Assembly: GCA_902583235.1 (NCBI GenBank)
Contig: CACHVL010000002.1
Location: forward strand, 44,435-108,434
Direction: 5' to 3'
DNA from: an uncultured Alphaproteobacteria bacterium
GTDB lineage: Bacteria > Pseudomonadota > Alphaproteobacteria > HIMB59
Length of the DNA stretch: 64,000 nucleotides
Shown here piece after piece: positions 1 to 10,771 of the stretch (the first letter of the stretch is position 1; every line of letters begins with the position of its first letter). The notes beneath the pieces were generated by a model. The model saw only the letters and a program-made list of their open reading frames with translations. It ran no database searches and was not told the DNA's origin. A program made the position numbers and the translations under genes.

Positions 1-1
1 A

Positions 2-721
2 ATTCTCAATACGAATATGAAACAAGAATATGATCAGCTAGGTAGATTTTTGAACATGGTAGCTGAACATAAGCATAAAATTGGTTTCAAAGGTTTACTT
101 TTGATTGAACCTAAACCTCATGAACCAACTAAACACCAGTATGATTTTGACTCTGCAAATGTTTTTGCGTTCCTTCAAAAATACGGTCTCGAGAAAGAAT
201 TCAAACTAAATATTGAGCAAAATCACGCTATTTTGGCTAAACACTCTTTTGAACATGAGATAGCCTACGCTCTTTCCAATAATATTCTTGGGAGTATTGA
301 CATTAATAGAGGTGATTATTTAGTCGGATGGGATACTGACCAATTCCCAAACAATGTTGAAGAACTTGTATTGCCTTTTTATTACATTTTTAAGAACGGG
401 GGTTTTTCATCAGGGGGGCTTAACATGGACGCTAAGATTAGAAGACAATCCATTGACCCAGAGGATCTTTTTTATGCTCACATTGGCTCCATGGATACAT
501 GTGCTAGAACGCTTATTGCTGTTGAAAAAATGATAAACGATGGAAGCTATGAAACTTTTTTAAAACAAAGATATGAGTCTTGGAATGAAAATTCTGAACT
601 GATGAATAAATTATCATTAGAGGATATTCATAATAAAGTCATTAAGGAAAATATTAATCCAGATCCTAAATCTGGTAGACAAGAATATCTTGAAAATCTA
701 ATCAACTCATTTGTTGAGTAA
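2..721 (+). CDS. xylA: Xylose isomerase, 5'-truncated by window edge
   Basis: Class II xylose isomerase C-terminal motifs [67 protein letters not shown]; frame is open to the window start. Confidence 0.95.
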   Translation: MLNTNMKQEYDQLGRFLNMVAEHKHKIGFKGLLLIEPKPHEPTKHQYDFDSANVFAFLQKYGLEKEFKLNIEQNHAILAKHSFEHEIAYALSNNILGSIDINRGDYLVGWDTDQFPNNVEELVLPFYYIFKNGGFSSGGLNMDAKIRRQSIDPEDLFYAHIGSMDTCARTLIAVEKMINDGSYETFLKQRYESWNENSELMNKLSLEDIHNKVIKENINPDPKSGRQEYLENLINSFVE

Positions 722-725
722 AACT

Positions 726-1331
726 ATGAAAGTAAATATATTTTTATTTGACTTGGGTAATGTTTTTTTTGACTGGAGCCCGCATCATGTGTTTAAAAAA
801 ATAATACTTGATGATAATAAATTAAATTATTTCATAAATGAAATAGCATTTCCTCATCTTGATACAAGGTGCGATGCTGGTGTAAAAATAGATATTGCTG
901 TTTCCGAGGCTGTTCAAAAGTTTCCAGACTATGAGAAAGAAATTAAACTTTATTATCCAAATCATAGAAATATGGTTAATGGTTCCTACCAAGATTCTAT
1001 TGATATTTTTAAAAAGATTAAATCTCTGGGGCACCCATGTTATGTATTGTCTAATTGGTCAGATGAAACTTATGAAGGTATGGAAGATCAATACCCTTTT
1101 TTAAAAGAATTTGATGGTAAAATTATTTCTGGAAGAGAATTCTTAGTAAAGCCTGACCCAAAAATATATGAACTAGCTATTTCAAGGTTTGATTTAGTCA
1201 GTTCTGAAACTCTTTTTATAGATGATCGTGAAGAAAATATCGAAGCTGCAAAAGAATTAGGTTTTCAAACAATTCATTTAACAGATCCATCTTTAATAAA
1301 ATCAGAAATCAGTAAATATTTATTTGTTTAA
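726..1331 (+). CDS. HAD-superfamily (IA) phosphatase, probable sugar-phosphate phosphatase
   Basis: FDLGNV motif I, LSN motif II, KPDPKIY and FIDD motifs; ATG at 726 preferred over TTG at 711. Confidence 0.85.
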   Translation: MKVNIFLFDLGNVFFDWSPHHVFKKIILDDNKLNYFINEIAFPHLDTRCDAGVKIDIAVSEAVQKFPDYEKEIKLYYPNHRNMVNGSYQDSIDIFKKIKSLGHPCYVLSNWSDETYEGMEDQYPFLKEFDGKIISGREFLVKPDPKIYELAISRFDLVSSETLFIDDREENIEAAKELGFQTIHLTDPSLIKSEISKYLFV

Positions 1332-2277
1332 ATTAGACAATAAAATCGGGCTAGGCTTGGCCTCTTTAGGTAGGCCTGGTTACATTAATATAGGTCACGA
1401 TGGTGATCTTGGACCCAATAAAACGAGAGAAAATATGCAAACACACTGTCATGATGTATTAGACTATGCCTATAGCAATGGAATAAAATATTTTGACGTA
1501 GCAAGAGTGTACGGAGAGTCCGAACAATTTTTATCAAACTGGATTAGAAAACAATCGCAGTTTGATGGATTTGTTGGTTCCAAATGGGGCTATGAATATC
1601 TAGCTAATTGGGAGGTAGATGCTAAAACCCATGAGAGAAAAGACCATTCTTTAAAATTTTTAAAAGAACAATGGATTGAAACAAGATTAAATTTGGGAAA
1701 AAGCATAGATCTATATCAAATTCATTCTGTTACAAATGATAGTCCTGTTTTAGACGACCCTACAGTATTAAAAGAACTTGAGGAGATGAAAAAAAAAGGA
1801 ATTGAGATAGGAATTTCTACTAGTGGACCAGATCAGGAAATAACAATAGAAAAATTTTTGAAAATTAATGAAAAGACTAAATTATTCACTTTTCTTCAAA
1901 CAACTATTAATATTTTTGATCAATCTTGCACAGCAATCTTAAAAAATGCTTCAGAAAATAAAATTAATATCATAGCGAAAGAAATTTTTTCAAATGGAAG
2001 ACTTACTAATGCTAATAAAAAATTTCATCAAAATGAATTAATTGAATTAGTCACTATAGCAAAGAGTGTTAATTTAAACTTAGAAGAATTGTCTTACTTG
2101 TGGGTCTATCAATTACCATTTATTAAAATCTGTCTTACTGGTGCCTCTACAATCACTCAGCTTGATACAAACTTAAAGTGTATTAAAAAAAAAGAAGTGG
2201 AAATTCCATCTTTAGAATCGTTTGCTTTGTCTACAGAGGATTACTGGTCAACTCGAAAATTATTAAACTGGAACTAA
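1324..2277 (+). CDS. Aldo/keto reductase
   Basis: FDVARVYGESE, GSKWG, IDLYQIHS, GAST AKR motifs. Confidence 0.85.
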   Translation: MFKLDNKIGLGLASLGRPGYINIGHDGDLGPNKTRENMQTHCHDVLDYAYSNGIKYFDVARVYGESEQFLSNWIRKQSQFDGFVGSKWGYEYLANWEVDAKTHERKDHSLKFLKEQWIETRLNLGKSIDLYQIHSVTNDSPVLDDPTVLKELEEMKKKGIEIGISTSGPDQEITIEKFLKINEKTKLFTFLQTTINIFDQSCTAILKNASENKINIIAKEIFSNGRLTNANKKFHQNELIELVTIAKSVNLNLEELSYLWVYQLPFIKICLTGASTITQLDTNLKCIKKKEVEIPSLESFALSTEDYWSTRKLLNWN

Positions 2278-3432
2278 CTAAAAGTTTACCCAGCTTGAAT
2301 TTGACGAGCTGGATGCGATGGATCTCTCTATAAATTTAATACCCTCAAGACCATCCTCTACGCTTGGGAATTGATGATTATCGGGGTTAAATGTACCATT
2401 TTTCTTATCTATTAACGCGTTCGCAACATCTGTATAGATATTAGCAAATCCCTCTAAATATCCTTCAGGATGTCCAGGAGGAATACGAGTTACTTCATTA
2501 GATACATCGAGTGCACCCGCTCCACCTCTTGTAATTTTTTGTTTAGGTTCTCCATATTTTGTAAAAAAAAGATAGTTAGGGTCTTCTTGACACCATTCAA
2601 GTCCTGCTTTTTCACCATAAATTCTAATTTGCAAATGATTTTCATTTCCTGGTGCTATTTGAGAGGACCATATCGTTCCCTTAGCACCTTCTTTAAAACG
2701 AAGAGAAATTTGTGCGTTATCATCTAAATTTCTTCCAGGAACAAAAGATGTTAATTCAGCTGAGATCTCTTGTGTATCAAGACCAGTGACATATCTAATT
2801 AAGTTATAAGCATGGGTGCCTATATCACCAATGCATCCTCCAGCCCCTGATTGACTGGGGTCAGTTCTCCAAGACGCTTGTTTGTTTCCCCCATCATTTA
2901 TTTTATTTTCTAGATCTTCAGTTAACCAATCTTGAGCGTACTCAGCTTGAATAACTCTAATTTTTCCAAGATCTCCATTATGACATAATGCTCTGGCATT
3001 ACGTATCATTGGGTAACCAGTGTAATTGTGAGTCAGAGCGAATAATACATCATTATCTTGTTTACTTTGAACAAGCTCCTCACATTGTCTTAGGTTCATC
3101 GCTAGGGGCTTGTCACAAATAATGTTAAATCCTTTGTTCATGAAAGCCATAGCAATAGGATGATGCATATGGTTAGGAGTAACGATGGCAACGGCATCGA
3201 TTTTATCCTCTCTAGAACTCTCTGCCTCAATCATTTCATTGAAATTTTTATAATTTCTGTCGTCATCAATTCCAATTTCTTGACCGGAAGTGATAGCTTT
3301 TTCCGCATTTGAGGAAAATGCCCCAGCTAAAAGCTCATATCTATCATCAATTCTCGAGGCAATTCTGTGTACAGCCCCAATGAAGGCTCCATGACCACCA
3401 CCCACCATTCCTAGTCTAATTTTACGAGGCAT
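2278..3432 (-). CDS. Gfo/Idh/MocA-family NAD(P)-dependent sugar oxidoreductase
   Basis: GMVGGG Rossmann start, IVTPNHMH, CDKPLA, GGCIGDIGTHA. Confidence 0.9.
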   Translation of the reverse strand: MPRKIRLGMVGGGHGAFIGAVHRIASRIDDRYELLAGAFSSNAEKAITSGQEIGIDDDRNYKNFNEMIEAESSREDKIDAVAIVTPNHMHHPIAMAFMNKGFNIICDKPLAMNLRQCEELVQSKQDNDVLFALTHNYTGYPMIRNARALCHNGDLGKIRVIQAEYAQDWLTEDLENKINDGGNKQASWRTDPSQSGAGGCIGDIGTHAYNLIRYVTGLDTQEISAELTSFVPGRNLDDNAQISLRFKEGAKGTIWSSQIAPGNENHLQIRIYGEKAGLEWCQEDPNYLFFTKYGEPKQKITRGGAGALDVSNEVTRIPPGHPEGYLEGFANIYTDVANALIDKKNGTFNPDNHQFPSVEDGLEGIKFIERSIASSSSNSSWVNF

Positions 3433-3434
3433 TT

Positions 3435-4490
3435 TTATTCAATTCCTAACATTTTTTTGTTAGCTGTTTCATCTGTTCCTGAGTCGGCAAAATCATCAAA
3501 TGCTTTTTCGGTTACTCTAATCATATGATTTTTAATAAATTGAGATCCCTCTCTGGCGCCATCCTCTGGATGTTTGAGAGCGCATTCCCACTCTAAAACA
3601 GCCCATCCCTCAAATCCATAAGTAGTCAATTTTGAAAAAATAGATTTAAAATCTACCTGCCCATCCCCTAGAGATCTAAAACGACCAGCTCTATCTTTCC
3701 ACGGTTGAAAACCACTATATACACCTTGTCTTCCAGTGGGATTTAGTTCTGCATCTTTTACGTGAAACATTTTTATTTTTTCATGATAAATATCTATATT
3801 TTGTAAATAGTCCAAATGTTGCAGCACATAATGACTAGGATCATACAACATGTTACATCGATGATGATTTCCCACACGCTCTAAAAACATTTCAAATGTA
3901 ATGCCATCATGTAAATCCTCACAAGGATGAATTTCATAACACAAGTTAATTCCACACTCATCAAACTGATCAAGTATTGGTTTCCATCTGCTTGCAAGCT
4001 CATCAAAAGCTGTTTCAATTAATCCGGCAGGTCTTTGAGGCCATGGATAGACATAAGGCCAAGCTAAAGCACCTGAAAATGTAACGTGATCAGTCAGTCC
4101 CAAATTTTTTGAAGCTTTGGCTGCCATCATGAGTTGCTCGACTGCCCATCTTTGTCTTTCTTGTGGATTTCCTCTTACTTCAGCAGCAGCAAACCCATCA
4201 AAAGCAGTATCGTAAGTTGGGTGAACAGCTACAAGCTGGCCTTGAAGGTGTGTTGACAATTCAGTCAATGTCAAATTAAATTTTGATAACGTGCCCTTAA
4301 CCTCATCACAGTAATCTTTACTTTCGGATGCTTTTTTTAAATCAAATAATCTATTATCCCAACTAGGTATCTGGACTCCAATATAACCCAATTCACTAGC
4401 CCACTTAGAAATATTCTCTAAACTATTGAAAGGAGCTTCGTCTCCTGCAAATTGAGCTAAAAATATAGCTGGACCTTTAATTCCCGTCAT
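3435..4490 (-). CDS. Xylose isomerase-like TIM-barrel sugar isomerase/epimerase/lyase
   Basis: YEIHP, YDPSH, FHVKDAE, RSLGDGQVDF, VLEWE metal-binding pattern of the AP_endonuc_2 family; co-transcribed with the Gfo gene. Confidence 0.85.
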   Translation of the reverse strand: MTGIKGPAIFLAQFAGDEAPFNSLENISKWASELGYIGVQIPSWDNRLFDLKKASESKDYCDEVKGTLSKFNLTLTELSTHLQGQLVAVHPTYDTAFDGFAAAEVRGNPQERQRWAVEQLMMAAKASKNLGLTDHVTFSGALAWPYVYPWPQRPAGLIETAFDELASRWKPILDQFDECGINLCYEIHPCEDLHDGITFEMFLERVGNHHRCNMLYDPSHYVLQHLDYLQNIDIYHEKIKMFHVKDAELNPTGRQGVYSGFQPWKDRAGRFRSLGDGQVDFKSIFSKLTTYGFEGWAVLEWECALKHPEDGAREGSQFIKNHMIRVTEKAFDDFADSGTDETANKKMLGIE

Positions 4491-4564
4491 TCACTAATCC
4501 CCCAAGTCATATTATTACAGTATATTGTTTTTTTAAATAGCTTAAAAGCAATGTAAAATCAGCA

Positions 4565-4607
4565 TTTATCATTAACTAAAAAATTAGTATAATTTAAAAA
4601 TTAGTTA
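4565..4607 (+). promoter_or_regulatory. Sigma70-type promoter of the ABC operon with overlapping repeats
   Basis: TTTATC (4565-70), N17, TATAAT (4588-93); direct repeat AAAAATTAGT at 4579 and 4596; inverted TAACTAA...TTAGTTA (4573-4607). Confidence 0.45.
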
Positions 4608-4628
4608 TTGAACTTAGGAGGAAATAAC

Positions 4629-5939
4629 ATGAAGAAAATACTATCTGTATTTCTAGTTCCTGTTTTTGCCTTACTTTTTTCTTTAAATGCAAAATCAGAG
4701 TCCTTGACTCTTGGTTGGGCCGCCTGGGATCCAGCTAATGCACTTCAAGAATTAAGTAAAGAGTTTACTGCAGAGACGGGTGTCGAAATGAACTTCGAAT
4801 TTGTGCCATGGCCAAATTTCGCAGAGAGAATGTTAAATGAATTAAACAACCAAGGTAAAACATTTGATTTGTTAATCGGAGACTCTCAATGGATTGGACA
4901 AGGTGCTGAATATGGTCACTATGTGAAGTTAAATGATTTCTTTGATGCTAATGGCATTTCAATGGATGATTTTAACCCTGCAACTGTTTACGCATATTCC
5001 ACATGGCCTAAAGGTACACCAAACTATTATGCCTTACCAGCAATGGGTGATGCTTTAGCTTGGGCTTACAGAAAAGATTGGTTTGATAGACCAGAACTAC
5101 AAGCAGAGTTCAAAGGTAAACACGGTTATGATCTAGGTGTTCCAAAGACTTGGGATGAACTTTATGATATGTGTACTTTCTTCCAAGGAAGAGAAATTGA
5201 CGGCCAAGTAAGATATGGTGCTGCAATTAACACAGAGCGTGGCTCTGAAGGTATCACTATGGGTGTTACAGCAGCTATGTATGCGTGGGGAATGGAATAC
5301 GAAAATCCAGATAAACCTTATGATATGGATGGCTACTTCAACTCCGATGCATCAGTTGAAGCTGTTGAATTCTACAGAAAGATGTACGAAGATTGTGCAC
5401 CTCCAGGACACTCAGATGCTTACATGGTTGCAAATCTTGACGCTTATAAATCAGGACAAGTTGCATTCCAAATGAACTGGTATGCTTTCTGGCCTGGTGT
5501 TTCAAAAGAAGACAGCGACGGAAGAGTTTCTGGTTTCTTTGCAAACCCATGTCAAAATGTATGCGCGGCTACACTTGGAGGACAGGGTATTTCTGTTGTA
5601 AAATACTCTGATAAACAAGATCTAGCTTTGGAATATATGAAGTGGTTTGCAAAACCTGATATTCAGCAAAAATGGTGGGATTTAGGTGGATATTCATGTC
5701 ATATGGATGTTCTAGGATCTCCTGATTTTGTTGACTCCGCTGTATATGCTCAAGGTTTCTTAGACTCAATGGGTATAGTCAAAGACTTTTGGCAAGAACC
5801 AACATTTGTTGAGTTGATGCTACCTATGCAGGAGAGAATTCATGACTATGTTGTGAATGGAAAAGGCTCTGCAAAAGAAGCACTTGACAAAATAATTGAC
5901 GATTGGACTGAAGTCTTCGAAGACGACGGTAAAATTTAA
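4629..5939 (+). CDS. CUT1 sugar/polyol ABC transporter substrate-binding protein
   Basis: Signal peptide, strong SD AGGAGG, GDSQW and YRKDWF motifs; first gene of an ABC operon. Confidence 0.9.
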   Translation: MKKILSVFLVPVFALLFSLNAKSESLTLGWAAWDPANALQELSKEFTAETGVEMNFEFVPWPNFAERMLNELNNQGKTFDLLIGDSQWIGQGAEYGHYVKLNDFFDANGISMDDFNPATVYAYSTWPKGTPNYYALPAMGDALAWAYRKDWFDRPELQAEFKGKHGYDLGVPKTWDELYDMCTFFQGREIDGQVRYGAAINTERGSEGITMGVTAAMYAWGMEYENPDKPYDMDGYFNSDASVEAVEFYRKMYEDCAPPGHSDAYMVANLDAYKSGQVAFQMNWYAFWPGVSKEDSDGRVSGFFANPCQNVCAATLGGQGISVVKYSDKQDLALEYMKWFAKPDIQQKWWDLGGYSCHMDVLGSPDFVDSAVYAQGFLDSMGIVKDFWQEPTFVELMLPMQERIHDYVVNGKGSAKEALDKIIDDWTEVFEDDGKI

Positions 5940-5957
5940 TCAGTAAATATATTTTTT

Positions 5958-5980
5958 AGGGTGGGTTTATTCCCACCCTT
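5958..5980 (+). terminator. Stem-loop after the binding-protein gene (attenuator or mRNA stabiliser)
   Basis: AGGGTGGG-tttatt-CCCACCCT, a perfect 8-bp stem followed by a short T run. Confidence 0.6.
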
Positions 5981-6003
5981 TCACCCATACCTAAATTAGA
6001 AAT

Positions 6004-6906
6004 ATGAAAAGCGCTGTTAAAAAGTTTAAGGGATTGTCCGATAAGGCAATTGCTTGGATTTTTATAGCACCGACATTAATTTTACTTCTAGCTATAAACA
6101 TTTATCCACTCATATATGCCATAAGAATGTCTTTTACAAACTTCTATGCAAACAAGATTGGAAGAGAAGTAAAATTTGTTGGATTAAAAAATTACAAAAA
6201 AATTTTAGGAAAAGAAGAGATTTGGGAAAAGATGCAAATAACTGCCCATTTTGTTTGTTGGACATTAGTTATTCAAGCCTTGATTGGTTTAGGATTAGCA
6301 TTGCTTCTAAATAAAAAATTTAAAGGTAATGAACTATTAACAACACTTATAGTCTTACCTATGATGTTATCACCTGCAGTTGTTGGAGTATTTTGGACGT
6401 ACTTATATAACCCACAAGTTGGATTATTTAATTACGTTGTGAACTTTTTTTACGATTTTGGTATTTTTGATATGATTGGCTCAAGTACATTGGCTCCATG
6501 GTCTATTGTCATTGTTGATACATGGATGTGGACACCCTTTACGATGCTTATATGTCTTGCCGGTTTAAGATCAATTCCTAACTACCTTTATGAAGCAGCA
6601 GAAGTAGACAGAGCTAGCAAATGGCAGCAATTTATTCATATCACCTTACCTTCTGTTCTCCCTTTTTTATTACTTGCCCTTCTTTTCAGAGGTATTGAAA
6701 ATTTCAAAATGTTCGATTTAGTTGCTGAACTCACTTCCGGTGGTCCTGGATCGGCAACAGAGTTGGCATCAATAAATTTAAAACGAGAGGCATTTGAGAA
6801 ATGGAAGACGGGATATAGCTCAGCATTTGCGGTTATATTGTTTGTAACAATATTCGGTTTTGGAAACGTCTATGTGAAAGTGATGAATAAAATTAAGGAT
6901 AGATGA
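6004..6906 (+). CDS. Carbohydrate ABC permease (MalF-like)
   Basis: TM helices; EAA loop LYEAAEVDRASKWQQFIHITLP. Confidence 0.92.
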   Translation: MKSAVKKFKGLSDKAIAWIFIAPTLILLLAINIYPLIYAIRMSFTNFYANKIGREVKFVGLKNYKKILGKEEIWEKMQITAHFVCWTLVIQALIGLGLALLLNKKFKGNELLTTLIVLPMMLSPAVVGVFWTYLYNPQVGLFNYVVNFFYDFGIFDMIGSSTLAPWSIVIVDTWMWTPFTMLICLAGLRSIPNYLYEAAEVDRASKWQQFIHITLPSVLPFLLLALLFRGIENFKMFDLVAELTSGGPGSATELASINLKREAFEKWKTGYSSAFAVILFVTIFGFGNVYVKVMNKIKDR

Positions 6907-7850
6907 TGGATACTTCAAGATCACCCTCAGAAGCTAGCGGATTTTCACGAAAATTAGCAGCCACAATTATTATTGTGTATATGGTTGTTACACTTATTCC
7001 AATCTCCTGGATGGTAGCAACAAGCTTTAAAAGTGTTGATAGTGCTATCTCATATCCTCCTGAGGTTTTTTTTGAGCCATCATTAGAAGGCTATGTTAAT
7101 CTTTTTACAAACCGTTCAAGACAACCTAAGGATTATTTAGACACTCTTCCCCCGCCTGATACCTGGTACGAGGAATTAGTCAGAAGTAGAGAGATGGTAA
7201 TAACAGGACCTTCTAAATTCTTACCAAGATATTCTAATTCTTTAATTATCGGATTTGGAGCTACATTCTTTTCTGTATTTTTAGGTTCCCTTGCAGCATA
7301 TGCATTGTCAAGATTTAAAGTTCCTTTAAAAGATGACTTATTATTTTTTATTTTGTCGACAAGAATGTTTCCTCCCATAGCTGTGGCTGTTCCAATTTTC
7401 ATTATGTATAGGAAACTTGGTTTAGGAGATACCCATGTAGGAATGATAATTTTATATACGGTTGTAAACTTAAGTTTATCTGTATGGTTATTAAAAGGGT
7501 TCATGGATGAAATACCAAGAGAGTATGAAGAGGCAGCTATGATTGATGGATATTCTCGAATGCAGGCATTTTTCAAGGTAGTGCTTCCACAGGCAACCAC
7601 AGGTATTGCCGCCACTGCCATTTTTTGCATGATTTTTTCTTGGAATGAATATGCATTTGCCGTTTTACTTACACAATTTAATGCCCAAACAGCTCCACCA
7701 TTCATTCCTACTATAATAGGAGAGGGAGGTTTAGACTGGCCCGCTATTGGAGCAGGCACAACTTTGTTTTTAATACCTGTAATGATATTTACTGTGGTGC
7801 TAAGAAAACATTTACTCAGAGGTATAACATTTGGAGCAGTAAGAAAATAA
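6903..7850 (+). CDS. Carbohydrate ABC permease (MalG-like)
   Basis: EAA loop EYEEAAMIDGYS; FSWNEY. Confidence 0.92.
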   Translation: MMDTSRSPSEASGFSRKLAATIIIVYMVVTLIPISWMVATSFKSVDSAISYPPEVFFEPSLEGYVNLFTNRSRQPKDYLDTLPPPDTWYEELVRSREMVITGPSKFLPRYSNSLIIGFGATFFSVFLGSLAAYALSRFKVPLKDDLLFFILSTRMFPPIAVAVPIFIMYRKLGLGDTHVGMIILYTVVNLSLSVWLLKGFMDEIPREYEEAAMIDGYSRMQAFFKVVLPQATTGIAATAIFCMIFSWNEYAFAVLLTQFNAQTAPPFIPTIIGEGGLDWPAIGAGTTLFLIPVMIFTVVLRKHLLRGITFGAVRK

Positions 7851-8041
7851 TGAGTGAGAAAAAAAGTTTATTAAGAAGAATATTCAGAAGATCTATTTGG
7901 GAGAATGCATCTACTGTTTTGATTTTGGTGGGTGTTTTTATGTTAATGCAACCTTTTGCAATGTGGATGTATACCTATTCCTTTATTGTAATTCTTATTG
8001 GGACCATAGGATTTGTTATCACAAGTCATTTTCCAGATTAG
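7850..8041 (+). CDS. Small two-TM membrane protein within the ABC operon
   Basis: Translationally coupled (TAATG); two hydrophobic segments. Confidence 0.7.
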   Translation: MSEKKSLLRRIFRRSIWENASTVLILVGVFMLMQPFAMWMYTYSFIVILIGTIGFVITSHFPD

Positions 8042-8043
8042 CC

Positions 8044-9126
8044 ATGGCAGAGATAGAAATTAAAAATTTACATAAATCTTTTGGTGACTTTGTTGCAGTA
8101 AAAAACTCTAATCTTGTAATTGAAAATAAAGAATTCTTTGTGCTATTAGGTCCCTCAGGTTGTGGGAAAACGACAACTCTAAGGATGATAGCAGGATTAG
8201 AACTACCAACCTCAGGAAACATATTACTTGATAAAGAGGATGTGGGTTATTTGAGAGCCTCTCAACGTGATATAGCCTTTGTTTTTCAGCTTTTTGCATT
8301 ATATCCACATATGAACGTTAGAAATAATTTAGCTTTTCCTCTTAAAATGCAAAAGTTTTCCAAAACAGAGGTTGATGCAAAGGTTATGGAAGCAGCAAAG
8401 CTATTAAGAATTGATCATTTATTAAAATCAAAAGTATCCTCATTAGCTGGAGGAGATCGTCAACGAGTTGCTTTAGGTAGAGCGCTTGTTCGAAGACCTA
8501 AAGCATTTTTAATGGATGAGCCTTTAGGCACACTTGATGCTGAATTTAGAGAATTAATGTGTTTAGAACTACGAAAACTTCATGATGATATAGATGCCAC
8601 TACAGTTTACGTAACACATGACCAACAAGAAGCAATGTCAATGGCAGATCGAATAGCAGTAATGAATGAAGGAGAGGTTTTACAAGCTGACTCCCCAAAA
8701 ATTATTTATAATAAGCCAAAAACTAAATTTGTAGCCAATTTTATTGGATCACCGGGTATGAATTTTATCCCAATTAAAGAAAAAATTACTCCAAATCAAT
8801 CAAGTATCAAATTACTAGACTCATCTTTAAAAATACCTGAACAAAGAGAAGGCACAAATTCAAATGAGAATTTTTTAGGAGTAAGACCAGAAAATTTAAG
8901 GTTAGTATCCGAAAATGGAGTAAAAGGAAATATCTTTGGTGTTGAGTATTTAGGTTCTAGAAAAATACTTACTGTTGAAACTCAACTAGGAAATATAAAG
9001 ATAAGAGTAGATAGTGACACGAAAGTTAAAATTAATGAGCAAATTCAATTTGATACATTGAATAATAATCAAATAATTTTTGATGGTTCAAATGATATGG
9101 CACTTCAAAGTGAGTTTATGAGTTAA
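8044..9126 (+). CDS. Sugar ABC ATP-binding protein 1 (MalK-like)
   Basis: Walker A GPSGCGKTT, signature LAGGDRQRV, LMDEP, VTHD; true start is probably ATG 8044. Confidence 0.93.
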   Translation: MAEIEIKNLHKSFGDFVAVKNSNLVIENKEFFVLLGPSGCGKTTTLRMIAGLELPTSGNILLDKEDVGYLRASQRDIAFVFQLFALYPHMNVRNNLAFPLKMQKFSKTEVDAKVMEAAKLLRIDHLLKSKVSSLAGGDRQRVALGRALVRRPKAFLMDEPLGTLDAEFRELMCLELRKLHDDIDATTVYVTHDQQEAMSMADRIAVMNEGEVLQADSPKIIYNKPKTKFVANFIGSPGMNFIPIKEKITPNQSSIKLLDSSLKIPEQREGTNSNENFLGVRPENLRLVSENGVKGNIFGVEYLGSRKILTVETQLGNIKIRVDSDTKVKINEQIQFDTLNNNQIIFDGSNDMALQSEFMS

Positions 9127-10136
9127 TGTCTAAAGTAGAATTAAAAAATATTACAAAAATATACGATAAAACAATCAAAGCTTTAGATGACATAAGCTTT
9201 ACAGTAAAAGATGGCGAGTTTTTTATTTTACTAGGACCAACAGGTGCGGGGAAGACAACAACGCTTAGATCAATTGCAGGTCTTGAAAAAATAGATCAAG
9301 GAAAAATTTTTTTTGATGATGAGGATGTTACCGAGGCTCAGCCAGCCGCAAGGGACACAGCGTTTGTCTTTCAACAGTATTCCTTATATCCACACTACAA
9401 AGTATATGATAATTTAGCTTTCCCACTTCGATCTCCTTTAAGAAAAGTCCCCGAGTCTGAAATAAATGAAAAAGTCACAAAAATAGCGGAAATGTTGAAG
9501 ATTTCTGGAAAATTAAATAACAAAGCAACAGAGTTATCGGGTGGCGAAATGCAAAGAGTTGCAATTGGTAGAGCTTTGGTTAGAAATCCAAGCATTTATT
9601 TGATGGACGAACCACTATCTTCTCTAGATGCAAAACTTCGTGAAAGCTTAAGAGTAGAATTAAAAAAAATTCAGTTAAACTTAGGCTCAACTATTCTTTA
9701 TGTAACTCACGATCAAGCTGAGGCCACAACTATGGCTGATCAAATTGGTGTTTTGGAAAATGGAAAGATAGCCCAGATAGGAACACCTGAAGAAATATAT
9801 AATAATCCTAATTCTATTTATGTAGCAAATAGACTAGGATCCCCTAAGATTAATATTTTAGATAAAACTTCAATTAATACCTCATCACCAAATCAGGCAA
9901 GTCAATTAGGATTAAGACCTGAACATATTAAATTAGGTCAAGGAGAGCTTATTGGTTCTATTAAAACAATTGAGTCCTTAGGAGCTGAAACAGTAGTGGA
10001 ATTAGAATATAATGGTTTAGAAATTTTATCTTTATATCAAGGATTATTTCAAGGAGTACGTGGAGATGAAATAAATTTTGCCATCGATAATAGTAAAGTT
10101 TTATTTTTTAATGACAAAGGAGTGAGTGTTCAATGA
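9126..10136 (+). CDS. Sugar ABC ATP-binding protein 2
   Basis: GPTGAGKTT, LSGGEMQRV, LMDEP, VTHD. Confidence 0.93.
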   Translation: MSKVELKNITKIYDKTIKALDDISFTVKDGEFFILLGPTGAGKTTTLRSIAGLEKIDQGKIFFDDEDVTEAQPAARDTAFVFQQYSLYPHYKVYDNLAFPLRSPLRKVPESEINEKVTKIAEMLKISGKLNNKATELSGGEMQRVAIGRALVRNPSIYLMDEPLSSLDAKLRESLRVELKKIQLNLGSTILYVTHDQAEATTMADQIGVLENGKIAQIGTPEEIYNNPNSIYVANRLGSPKINILDKTSINTSSPNQASQLGLRPEHIKLGQGELIGSIKTIESLGAETVVELEYNGLEILSLYQGLFQGVRGDEINFAIDNSKVLFFNDKGVSVQ

Positions 10137-10762
10137 GTGTAGATTTTCTTATTGAAACTGCAAAAAAAATTCAAGTTGTCATTAATGATAATTCCTCTGA
10201 AATTGAAAAATTAGATCAAGAAATAGGTGATGGCGATCATATTTTTAATGTTCAAAGAGGAATTAAACTCGTTATAGAATTAGAACCAATTATAAAAGAT
10301 TTAATAATGTCTAAGGCATTAAATCAAATTGCGATGAAGGTCCTTTCTGGCATAGGTGGTTCATCAGGAGCATTATTTGGAACGTTATTTATGACTATGG
10401 CTAAAGGTAATGCTATTGATGAGGGTGTTGATTATAAAAAAGCTATAGAAATTTTTGCAGAGGGTGTGGAAGCTGTCAAACAAAGAGGTAAAGCTGATGT
10501 GGGAGAAAAAACAATGATGGACGTTTTAATACCTGTCTCTAATTGCCTCAAAAAAGGTGTTGAAGATGACAAAGATCTTAAAGAAATACTAAAAGAGGCC
10601 GTAGAAGTAGCGGAAAAAGGGATGTTTTCGACAAAAGATCTCTTGGCTACTAAAGGTAGAGCTTCTTTTTTAGGGGAGCGAGCAAAGGGCCATATTGATC
10701 CTGGCGCCCGGTCTTCACAATTAATGATAAAAACTGTCTGTGAGTCAGTTATAAATAGTTAG
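10133..10762 (+). CDS. dhaL: Dihydroxyacetone kinase nucleotide-binding subunit DhaL
   Basis: LDQEIGDGDH, GGSSGALFG, GEKTMMD, KGRASFLGERAKGHIDPGA. Confidence 0.92.
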   Translation: MSVDFLIETAKKIQVVINDNSSEIEKLDQEIGDGDHIFNVQRGIKLVIELEPIIKDLIMSKALNQIAMKVLSGIGGSSGALFGTLFMTMAKGNAIDEGVDYKKAIEIFAEGVEAVKQRGKADVGEKTMMDVLIPVSNCLKKGVEDDKDLKEILKEAVEVAEKGMFSTKDLLATKGRASFLGERAKGHIDPGARSSQLMIKTVCESVINS

Positions 10763-10771
10763 GAGGAAACT

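Noticed and set aside
7133-7759. 208-aa antisense ORF, plus other short shadow ORFs (e.g. 822, 2470, 5215, 5338, 24617, 28391, 38637, 43502, 53806, 57330, 62026, 62770)
   Set aside because: They lie wholly within well-supported genes on the opposite strand or in another frame and have no recognisable motifs
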